Below are positions 10,523 to 17,901 of a DNA stretch of 58,943 bases, in pieces; the stretch's first letter is position 1, and every line of letters starts with the position of its first letter. The stretch covers positions 1 through 58,943 of the forward strand of contig CAVSBT010000009.1 in NCBI GenBank assembly GCA_963726245.1, written 5' to 3'. The DNA comes from an uncultured Chloroflexia bacterium. Lineage in GTDB: Bacteria > Chloroflexota > Dehalococcoidia > DSTF01 > JALHUB01. The notes under the pieces are model-generated. The model did not search any database. It had not been told where the DNA came from and saw nothing but the letters and a program-made list of their open reading frames with translations. The position numbers and the translations under genes are program-made.

Positions 10523-10682
10523 CCTATGCTCCTCCTGTCGAGGGTGCGCGTGATTATCGGCCGCATGGGGTACGTCCAACAGTTCTCCATTTCCCTAATC
10601 CTAGCCCTCCCGGACGACAGGCTTATACTCCCTGCGTAACGCCCGGGAAAGCGACACGTTGTACTGATAGAGAAAGGTTGCC

Positions 10683-11384
10683 GTGCTCTGGCGGAAGCTG
10701 TTGCCTGCGTTCCGGTACCCTCGCCTGCCAGGACCTTCAGGCGGACGCCGGCGACTGCTGTTCGCTCTTCTCGCCATAGAGCTGGGCCTCCTGGTTGGCC
10801 TGGGCCTGACGGCCCTCGTGAAGGCGAAGGCCGGCGCTCACGAGTTCGTGGCCCGCGATACGGTGCTAACCGCGGGCGACCTGCCCTCAGGATGGGTTCC
10901 GGTCGATGCCGCCACCTATCCCTACATGACCAACAGCCCTCTCCTCCGTCTCATGCTGGAGGAAGAGACGGTCGCCGGCGCCTTCTCCGCCTATCGTGAC
11001 CCTCAGGACTCCTCCACAGTCGCCACCTACGTGGTCTTCCGGCCCGATGAGCCGCTGGCGCTCCACACCGGCGACGACAACCGCACCCTGGAGACGGTGA
11101 CGCCGCTGGTGATGGAGCTGGAGCGCCTCGCCCGACAGCGGCTTGATGGCGGGCTTCCCGAGCTCTTCTTCGCCGCCACCGACGTGCCTGTCCCCGACTC
11201 GCTCCGGGGCCGCAGCCTGGCGCCTCCCACAGGCGAAGGGGTCCAGTCTGACTCCATCCTCTTCGTCCAAGGCCCCGTGCTCGCCCTGGTGGTGATGGAA
11301 CACCCGCGCGGCAAGGAGACGTTCCAGCCCATCGAGGAACTGGCCCGGATCGTCTACAGCCGGGTCCTCGAGCAACTGGACTAG
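10683..11384 (+). CDS. Hypothetical single-TM membrane-anchored protein
   Basis: Basic N-terminus, one TM ([22 protein letters not shown]), extracytoplasmic domain starting [11 protein letters not shown]; coding-like codon bias. Confidence 0.65.
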   Translation: MLWRKLLPAFRYPRLPGPSGGRRRLLFALLAIELGLLVGLGLTALVKAKAGAHEFVARDTVLTAGDLPSGWVPVDAATYPYMTNSPLLRLMLEEETVAGAFSAYRDPQDSSTVATYVVFRPDEPLALHTGDDNRTLETVTPLVMELERLARQRLDGGLPELFFAATDVPVPDSLRGRSLAPPTGEGVQSDSILFVQGPVLALVVMEHPRGKETFQPIEELARIVYSRVLEQLD

Positions 11385-11387
11385 CTT

Positions 11388-11460
11388 CCCCAAGCCCCAT
11401 CTAAGCGATCCCCCTAATATGATCCGCTATTCCCCCTAAACGTCGCGGCCTAACCCCTAA
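11388..11460 (+). promoter_or_regulatory. Phased CCCCTAA direct-repeat array upstream of arlB1
   Basis: CCCCTAA at 11411, 11433, 11454 (22 and 21 bp apart) plus CCCCAAG at 11388. Confidence 0.5.
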
Positions 11461-11529
11461 TCTCTTCGTCCCTTTAGCCGAAAATTACTCAGGACATACA
11501 TCTAGAGCCGTACGGTCCACGGCCGACAT
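11458..11529 (+). promoter_or_regulatory. Two candidate sigma28-like promoters for arlB1
   Basis: TAAT-N15-GCCGAAAA (11458-11484) and TAGA-N15-GCCGACAT (11503-11529) versus consensus TAAA-N15-GCCGATAA. Confidence 0.4.
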
Positions 11530-11569
11530 ATGGCTGCAAAGCCGCCCCGGGAGAATGGAGGGGCAAGAG

Positions 11570-12160
11570 ATGAAGCGATTTGCCAGCGCGCTACGCCGGG
11601 TCCACCGTGAAGAGCGAGGGATCACCGGTCTTGAGACCGCCATCATCCTCATCGCCTTCGTCGTGGTCGCGACCATCTTCGCCTTCGTCGTGTTGACTAC
11701 CGGTATCTTTAGCTCCGAGCGGGGCAAGGAGACCGTCTTCGCCGGCCTTGCGAAGGCCCGCGGCACCATGGAGGTGCGCGGCGGCATCGTCGCCACGGCG
11801 TCGGGCTCGCCCCTGGCTGTGAGCGACATCTTCTTCGCCGTGGCCACCACGGCCGGCGGCGAGTCCATTCCCCTTGACCCGACCGCCACTACAGACCGAA
11901 CGGTCATCGCCTACCGCGACTCCGCCAATGTAGACAACAACGTACCTTACACGGCCACCGGCATCGTCGGGGACGGCGACGCCCTCTTGGAGCCGGGTGA
12001 GCTGATGCTTATCAGCATCAGCCGGGCCGCCATCGCCGGCCCTCCCGCCATGGACGGAAACACACGCTTCACCTTCGAGATCCAGACACCGGTCGGTGCT
12101 GTCATCGACCTCACCCGTCAGTTGCCGACGGAGCTGTCGCCGGTGATGCAGCTCCACTAG
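11570..12160 (+). CDS. arlB: Archaellin 1 (archaeal flagellin)
   Basis: Class III signal peptide ERG|ITGLETAIILIAFVVVATIFAF, GDGDALLEPGE motif, FTFEIQTPVGAVIDLTRQLP C-terminus; RBS GGAGGGG before ATG 11570. Confidence 0.95.
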   Translation: MKRFASALRRVHREERGITGLETAIILIAFVVVATIFAFVVLTTGIFSSERGKETVFAGLAKARGTMEVRGGIVATASGSPLAVSDIFFAVATTAGGESIPLDPTATTDRTVIAYRDSANVDNNVPYTATGIVGDGDALLEPGELMLISISRAAIAGPPAMDGNTRFTFEIQTPVGAVIDLTRQLPTELSPVMQLH

Positions 12161-12173
12161 AGCCACATATCGA

Positions 12174-12217
12174 GGCGGCGCCCTGACGTTTCGCCGTACG
12201 TTCAAGCAGGGCGCCGC
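12174..12217. repeat. Hairpin element after arlB1; inverted copy lies after arlB2
   Basis: GCGGCGCCCTG-loop-CAGGGCGCCGC; its reverse complement matches 13556-13600 with 1 substitution and 1 indel. Confidence 0.85.
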
Positions 12218-12230
12218 TCGAAAGCAGCGG

Positions 12231-12267
12231 CAGGCGAAGGCCGGGCTTGTTGCCCGGCCTTCGCCTG
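12231..12267 (+). terminator. Strong GC-rich hairpin downstream of arlB1 (terminator-like)
   Basis: Perfect 16-bp stem CAGGCGAAGGCCGGGC/GCCCGGCCTTCGCCTG, loop TTGTT; weak U-tract. Confidence 0.55.
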
Positions 12268-12360
12268 TGTCTCACAACGGATACCGAGCGGATTAACGGA
12301 TACTGCCAGAACCCCCATCCATCCATCCGTTGGCCATCCGTCGACAGGCCTTCCTCCTGG

Positions 12361-12490
12361 TGTAGCGGAGGGCTTCAGCCCTCCACCCGCTCGTGGCGAC
12401 TTGACGGTCACGAACTAATTACACCACCTGCAGATTGAAATCCGCAGCTTCGCCGAAGCTGAGGGTTTCAACCCTCAGGGATGAAGCTAA
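12361..12490. mobile_element. Possible IS200/IS605-like end remnants (non-autonomous palindromic element)
   Basis: Hairpins GGAGGGCTTCAGCCCTCC and CTGAGGGTTTCAACCCTCAG-GGATGAA resemble IS200/605 terminal palindromes; no transposase in window. Confidence 0.3.
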
Positions 12491-12535
12491 ATAGTTGAAC
12501 GCCATAAGGTCGCCGCTGACCTTGCCCTCCGGAAC

Positions 12536-12563
12536 GTAGGGGCGCAGCATGCTGCGCCCCTAC
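12536..12563. repeat. GTAG-type REP palindrome copy 2
   Basis: Perfect palindrome GTAGGGGCGCAGCATGCTGCGCCCCTAC, core identical to copy 1. Confidence 0.8.
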
Positions 12564-12869
12564 TGCCACTTAGCCCAGGGCCGACGCCAATCAGCCAGCC
12601 CTCTGGCAGTCCGTATGTCTGCCGCTCCTGCTTCTGTGGATGGGTGCGCCCCTGGCGCTCTGACCACAGACCCCAAGAATAGGGTTTCCCCTAATAGAGC
12701 CCCTACGCCTGCGGTCGAACATTCTTCAGGCATACGTCTCGGGCCGTAAGGCCTTCGGACGATGCACGGGACGAAACCTATGGCAGTCGATAGACGCCCC
12801 ATCCGGCGGCGGCTGCCAGGGTCAGAGTGAAAGGAGGGCTGGTTGCCGGGAACAAATCCGTTCCGCCTG

Positions 12870-12890
12870 TTTAGCGGAAAATCAGCTCAG
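12870..12890 (+). promoter_or_regulatory. Upstream motif shared by arlB1 and arlB2
   Basis: TTTAGCGGAAAATCAGCTCAG here versus TTTAGCCGAAAATTACTCAG at 11473-11492. Confidence 0.5.
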
Positions 12891-12931
12891 ACCTAACCAA
12901 CCAAACCCTTACAAGAAAGGAGGGCTGCTAG

Positions 12932-13537
12932 ATGAAGCGACTTACCAGCGCACTGCGCCGGATCCACCGCGAAGAGCGAGGGATCACCGGTCTTGAGACC
13001 GCCATCATCCTCATCGCCTTCGTCGTGGTCGCCACCATCTTCGCCTTCGTCGTGTTGACCACCGGTATCTTCAGCGCCGAGCGTGGCAAGGAGACCGTCT
13101 TCGCCGGCCTGGCGAAGGCCCGCGGCACCATGGAGGTGCGCGGCGGCGTCGTCGCCTCGGCGACGGGCACAACCCTGGCCGTAGACCACATCTTCTTCAC
13201 CGTGGCCACTACGGCTGGCGGTGAGTCCATCCCCCTGGACCCGGACGGCCTGACGAACCGGACGGTCATCGCCTACCGCGACGCCACGGTCACGGACAAC
13301 GACGTGACGTACACGGCGGCCGACATCGTGGGAGACGGCGACACGCTCTTGGAGCCGGGCGAGGTAAAGGTCATTGACATTAACGCGGCTGACATCGCCA
13401 GTGATGTCAGCCCTGGCGTCCCCAGCTTGGCTGCCAATGACCGCTTCACCCTGGAGGTCCAGACGCCTGTCGGCGCCGTCCTCGACATCACCCGGCAACT
13501 GCCAGCGGAACTCGCTACAGTAATGCAGCTGCATTAG
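12932..13537 (+). CDS. arlB: Archaellin 2
   Basis: Same class III signal and N-terminal helix as arlB1, GDGDTLLEPGE, FTLEVQTPVGAVLDITRQLP; RBS AGGAGG. Confidence 0.95.
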   Translation: MKRLTSALRRIHREERGITGLETAIILIAFVVVATIFAFVVLTTGIFSAERGKETVFAGLAKARGTMEVRGGVVASATGTTLAVDHIFFTVATTAGGESIPLDPDGLTNRTVIAYRDATVTDNDVTYTAADIVGDGDTLLEPGEVKVIDINAADIASDVSPGVPSLAANDRFTLEVQTPVGAVLDITRQLPAELATVMQLH

Positions 13538-13555
13538 GAAGGACCCTGTGGGAGT

Positions 13556-13600
13556 GCGGCGCCCTGCTTGAACGTACGGCGGAACGGTCAGGGCGCCGCC
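13556..13600. repeat. Hairpin element after arlB2 (inverted copy of 12174-12217)
   Basis: GCGGCGCCCTGCTTGAACGTACGGCGGAACGGTCAGGGCGCCGCC. Confidence 0.85.
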
Positions 13601-13623
13601 CCCCTTAAGAAGGCAGGTATGCC

Positions 13624-14334
13624 ATGGAAATCACAGCTCAAATGGTCGCCATGGAGGAGGAGATCAAGGTCCTCAAGGGCGAGATCAAGTCGATCCTAGA
13701 GGAGATCAGGGCCTCCGTCCTCACCCGCGACAACCCCTTCGCCTTGCAGACCGGCCTGCCCGTATTCCAGCCCGTGGAGCGGTCGGACAAGACCAGCGAG
13801 CCCTCGCCAGCGCCGGAGCCCCTTCCCGCGCCGGAAGCGCACAGGGAGCCCGTGCCAGAGCCGGCGAGAGCCAGCGAGGCGGAAGACCCGCTCCCACCCG
13901 TTCTGCGGGTGGAGCCGGCCGCCGCTCTTCCGGAGACAAGGGAGGAGCCGCAGGCCGCGCCTCTGACGGTGATGGCTGGGGCCGGCCCGAGGGTCACCCC
14001 TCTACCCACGATGGCTGAGGTGATGGCTCCTCAGGTCTGGAGCGTGTCTACGATCGCCGGCCTGATTGCTTGGGTGGACGAGACGACCTCTCGACTGGGC
14101 ACCACCCACTTACAGATGATCCTGGACCTGGCCCGCTTCGCCGGTCTCATTCCGCCGGAGGCGGAGGAGGCCCTTATGAAAGTCATCAAGCTGGCCAGCA
14201 GCCGCAAGGACAGCGCCACCGTCTCTGTGAACGACACGCTGGTCGCCGTGCGACAGTTGGAGGCCATCTTCCAGGCGACGGAGAGCGACGAGATGTCCTA
14301 TCTACAAAGGCGTCGCAGCGGAAGGAACCGGTAG
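13624..14334 (+). CDS. ArlCDE-like archaellum accessory (switch) protein
   Basis: N-terminal coiled coil ending in NPF (FlaC-like), Pro/Glu linker, C-terminal W...G...ILD....G.I.PEA.E.L...S.ND pattern like FlaD/E; lies between arlB and arlG. Confidence 0.6.
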   Translation: MEITAQMVAMEEEIKVLKGEIKSILEEIRASVLTRDNPFALQTGLPVFQPVERSDKTSEPSPAPEPLPAPEAHREPVPEPARASEAEDPLPPVLRVEPAAALPETREEPQAAPLTVMAGAGPRVTPLPTMAEVMAPQVWSVSTIAGLIAWVDETTSRLGTTHLQMILDLARFAGLIPPEAEEALMKVIKLASSRKDSATVSVNDTLVAVRQLEAIFQATESDEMSYLQRRRSGRNR

Positions 14335-14417
14335 CGGCCACACAGCCGCCCGTCGGGGCGGGCCCGCCGGGCCTTCAGACTGGCAAGCCACCTGAAGGAG
14401 TGTAAGGGGGTGTAGCC

Positions 14418-14897
14418 ATCGAGAAGGCCATCTCTACTATCTTGCTGACCATAGCCGCGATCGTGGCCATCATGGCCATAGTCAACTCGGTCATGCCCGC
14501 GTTGAGCCGCGCCAACAGCTCGATGGTCATGACGTCTGACGCGATTAATGACCGCATCTCGAGCCAGATAGAGATCATCCACGCCACCGGCGTCGACACC
14601 GCCACCCAGGCCGACACCTGGGTCAAGAACGTGGGCTCCTCCCGCATCGGCCCGATCGACTACGCCGATGTCTTCTTCGGTCCCGAAGACGACTTTATTC
14701 GCATCCCCTACGGGGGCGCTAGCTGCTCGGCGCCCTGCTGGGAGTACGCGCTGGAAGGCGGCGCCACCGAGTGGGAGCCTACGGCTACTATGCACATCAT
14801 CGTCCACCTGGACTACTCACTCGCCACGGGCACCACCTACTTCGTCAAGGTGGTGGCGCCCAACGGCATCAGTGATGCCAAGTTCTTCAGCGTCTAG
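14418..14897 (+). CDS. arlG: Archaellum stator protein ArlG
   Basis: N-terminal hydrophobic helix, IEII...WVKNVGS...DVFFG...WEP...VKVVAPNG; in-frame ATC at 14418 behind RBS AAGGGGG (ORF track starts at TTG 14442). Confidence 0.8.
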   Translation: MEKAISTILLTIAAIVAIMAIVNSVMPALSRANSSMVMTSDAINDRISSQIEIIHATGVDTATQADTWVKNVGSSRIGPIDYADVFFGPEDDFIRIPYGGASCSAPCWEYALEGGATEWEPTATMHIIVHLDYSLATGTTYFVKVVAPNGISDAKFFSV

Positions 14898-14909
14898 GAG
14901 CGCCGGACT

Positions 14910-15410
14910 ATGGAGACCAGCATACCAGCCGTTATCGTCTCCGCCATCCTGATGGTGTCCGCTATGGTGCTGGCCCGGTCTGGCTATCAGTCCGTTGATC
15001 GGATGGGGCAGGTCTGGAAGGAGCTGGAGGTCCGTTCTAGCGAACAGGTCCACACCCAACTCGCCATCACCAACGTGACCTCTAACAGCCCCCACGTGGA
15101 CGTGGACCTTCTGAACGAAGGCAGCACAGCCCTGGCCGACTATGGCCGCATGGACGTGCTCGTCCAGTACACAACCGGCGGCGGCGCCCCCGTCGTGGCC
15201 TGGATTCCTTACACGAACGGCGCCCTGGCCCAGAACACCTGGGTGATCCAAGGCATCACCAACGACGCCTTCGAGCCGGGGATTCTCAACCCCGGTGAGA
15301 CGCTTAGGATGCGCATCTGGCTCGACCCGTCCGCCGGCGTCGGGACGACGAACCGGCTCGTCATCGCGACAGACCTGGGCATTACCGTCTCCACCGCTTT
15401 CATAGGCTAG
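14910..15410 (+). CDS. arlF: Archaellum stator protein ArlF
   Basis: N-terminal TM, LLNEGSTAL, DVLVQY, LNPGETL, RLVIATDLGI; lies before arlH. Confidence 0.8.
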   Translation: METSIPAVIVSAILMVSAMVLARSGYQSVDRMGQVWKELEVRSSEQVHTQLAITNVTSNSPHVDVDLLNEGSTALADYGRMDVLVQYTTGGGAPVVAWIPYTNGALAQNTWVIQGITNDAFEPGILNPGETLRMRIWLDPSAGVGTTNRLVIATDLGITVSTAFIG

Positions 15411-15448
15411 GTGAGACGTAGCCGATACATTAGCAGGGCAGGTGAAAC

Positions 15449-16165
15449 ATGATTCAGAACCCAGCGCACAAGAAACATTACATCTCCACCGGGAACGTGG
15501 AACTGGACAAGAAGATGGCCGGCGGCATTCCGGAGGGCTCGCTGACCCTGATAGAGGGCCAGTCCGAGTCAGGCAAGAGCGTGCTGACCCAGCAGTTGGT
15601 GTGGGGCGCCCTTCAGGATGCCAGACGGGTGGCCTACTACACCACTGAGAACACCACCCACAGCCTCCTCCGCCAGATGAGGAGCCTCAACCAGGACATC
15701 ACCGACTTCTTCCTCCTGGGCCGGATAAACATCTATCCCATGCGCTTAGCGCCCACGGAGGATGAGGCCCGCACGATGCTTCGCGCCGCCCTCGAACACA
15801 TGACAAGGATGACGGCGGACCGCGACCTCCTGGCGTTCGATTCGCTCAGTGTCTTTATGACCAGCATCCCTGAGCAGGAGACTCTGTCCTTCTTCATGGC
15901 GGTCAAAGAGCTGTGCGACCAGAACAAGACGCTGCTCCTGACCATGCACTCCTACGCCTTCAGCGAGGCCATGTTCATCCGCATCCGCTCCATCTGCGAC
16001 GCCTACCTCCGCATAAGGGTGGGGGAGGTAGGCACTCAACTCCTGAAGGAGATGGAGGTGTCCAAGGTCCGGGGCGCCGACCAGACCACCGGCAACGTCA
16101 TCGCCTTTGACGTCGAGCCAGGTTTGGGTATGCGCATCATACCGATGACCAGGGCCAAGGCATGA
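15449..16165 (+). CDS. arlH: Archaellum ATP-binding protein ArlH (RecA/KaiC-like)
   Basis: ELDKKMAGGIPEGSLTLIEGQSESGKS, YYTTEN, FDSLS, ICDAYL, IAFDVEPGLGMRI. Confidence 0.93.
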   Translation: MIQNPAHKKHYISTGNVELDKKMAGGIPEGSLTLIEGQSESGKSVLTQQLVWGALQDARRVAYYTTENTTHSLLRQMRSLNQDITDFFLLGRINIYPMRLAPTEDEARTMLRAALEHMTRMTADRDLLAFDSLSVFMTSIPEQETLSFFMAVKELCDQNKTLLLTMHSYAFSEAMFIRIRSICDAYLRIRVGEVGTQLLKEMEVSKVRGADQTTGNVIAFDVEPGLGMRIIPMTRAKA

Positions 16166-17901
16166 CAAATCTCCCCTTCAGCGGCGAGGGCACAAGCCAC
16201 CAACATGGGGCAGGCGCCGAGCAGTGCAGCCTCCAGGGGCTGCTGCCCCCGGCCCTTCAGGAAAGGACGGCCGAATCGCCGCACCTTCTGGAGTACCTGC
16301 ACCGGGTACCGATCGCCGAGGTGGGGGTGCCAGAGTACTACCCGGAGCTCAACCGCAAGCTGGGCGACCTGAAACATCCCAACCTGATCTACCCGGTGCC
16401 CGGCGACCTTTTCGTGCACATCTTCCCCGACGCTGAGGACGCGCGCGACTACTACATCAGCATCGAGCCTTCTTCCGTGGGAGACCTGGACCTCATCCTG
16501 GAGCAGCTTGAGAGCCGGCTGATGGATTATGTCGAAGCCCTGGAGCGCGCCGAAACGCCGGAGGCCAAGGCCGAGGTCCTGCGGCAGGCCGTCCGGGAGA
16601 ACTGCGCCGTGACGAGCGACGGAAAGAGCAAACGCTCCGATGGGAAAAAGTCCGGCGGTGGTCTCTTCTCACGCGGCCCGAAGTCGGAAGGCAAGATACC
16701 CGTTACCGCCGAGCAGTTGGCCGGCCTGGAGTACCTCCTGGTCCGCGACAAGATCGGCCTCGGCATCCTGGAGCCCATGATCCATGACCCCTACATTGAG
16801 GACATCAGTTGCAGTGGCCTGGGACGTCTCTTCATCGAGCACAAGGTCTTCAAGGGCCTCAAGAGCACCGCCACCTTCGATCACACGGAGGCCCTGGACG
16901 AGTTCGTCATCCGCCTCTCGGAGAAGATCCAGAAGCCGGTCACCTACCGGAACCCCATCGTCGATGCCACCCTGCCCGACGGCTCGCGCATAAACATCGT
17001 CTACGGGAGCGACGTGTCCAAGCGTGGTAGCAACTTCTCCATCCGCAAGTTCACCCTCACGCCTCTGAGCATCGTCGATATCGTCAGCAGCGGCGGCCTG
17101 AACAGCGAGATGGCAGGATACCTCTGGCTGGCCGTAAGCGAGGGCATGAACGTCTTCGTCTCGGGCGAGACGGCCTCCGGAAAGACGACCCTGCTCAACG
17201 CCATCTCGGGCTTCATCCAGCCCTGGGCCAAGATCGTGAGCATCGAGGACACGCCGGAGCTTCAGGTGCCGCACCCCAACTGGATCCGCGAGGTGGTCCG
17301 GGGCAGCATGTCCGACGACGACTCCTCGGTGACCATGTTCAGCCTGCTGAAGGCCGCCCTGCGGCAGCGGCCCAACGCCATCCTCGTAGGCGAGATCCGT
17401 GGTGAGGAGGGAGCGATCGCCTTTCAGGCCATGCAGACCGGCCACGCCGTCATGGCCACATTCCACGCCTCCACGGTGGAGAAGCTCATCCAGCGTCTCA
17501 CCGGCCATCCGATCGACGTGCCCAAGGTCTACATTGACAACCTGAACGTGGTGGTCCTCTGTGGCTCTGTACGGCTGCCTACCGGGAAGATGGGGCGGCG
17601 CATACTCTCTATCGCCGAGATCATCGACTACGACTCTGAGACTGATTCGTTCTCTTTCATCGAGATCTTCCGCTGGGACTCCTCCAGGGACATCCACGAG
17701 TTTACGGGAGACGGAAACAGCTACCTACTGGAGCAGGTTATCGCTCCCAGGCGCGGCCTGGACGCCCGCAGCAAGCGGGTTATCTACGACGAAGTGGAGC
17801 GCCGGGGGAGCCTCATCAAGAAGCTGAGCGAAAGCGGCAGAACCAATTTCTATGATATCTATCAAGTCTTTTCTCAGGCGGGGCGCGAAGGCCTCCTCTA
17901 G
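16162..17901 (+). CDS. arlI: Archaellum motor ATPase ArlI
   Basis: NLIYPV..DLFVHI, DPYIEDISCSG, PIVDATLPDGSRINIVY, GETASGKTT, EDTPE, ALRQRPN, VGEIRG, TFHA. Confidence 0.95.
   Translation: MTNLPFSGEGTSHQHGAGAEQCSLQGLLPPALQERTAESPHLLEYLHRVPIAEVGVPEYYPELNRKLGDLKHPNLIYPVPGDLFVHIFPDAEDARDYYISIEPSSVGDLDLILEQLESRLMDYVEALERAETPEAKAEVLRQAVRENCAVTSDGKSKRSDGKKSGGGLFSRGPKSEGKIPVTAEQLAGLEYLLVRDKIGLGILEPMIHDPYIEDISCSGLGRLFIEHKVFKGLKSTATFDHTEALDEFVIRLSEKIQKPVTYRNPIVDATLPDGSRINIVYGSDVSKRGSNFSIRKFTLTPLSIVDIVSSGGLNSEMAGYLWLAVSEGMNVFVSGETASGKTTLLNAISGFIQPWAKIVSIEDTPELQVPHPNWIREVVRGSMSDDDSSVTMFSLLKAALRQRPNAILVGEIRGEEGAIAFQAMQTGHAVMATFHASTVEKLIQRLTGHPIDVPKVYIDNLNVVVLCGSVRLPTGKMGRRILSIAEIIDYDSETDSFSFIEIFRWDSSRDIHEFTGDGNSYLLEQVIAPRRGLDARSKRVIYDEVERRGSLIKKLSESGRTNFYDIYQVFSQAGREGLL

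Noticed and set aside
9896-10579. His-rich metal-binding protein (HRHANQHTH...) in the ORF track
   Set aside because: The His repeats are the shifted-frame reading of a TPT repeat between two compensating indels
11492-11503. Archaeal EarA (TACATA) box or TATA promoter before arlB1
   Set aside because: Only a single imperfect match (CATACATC); no repeated boxes
12765-12850. c-di-GMP-I riboswitch upstream of arlB2 (ends GGTTGCCG)
   Set aside because: The GGCAAA...GAAA...GACGCAAAG core is not present; resemblance limited to the 3' end. An Infernal scan would settle it
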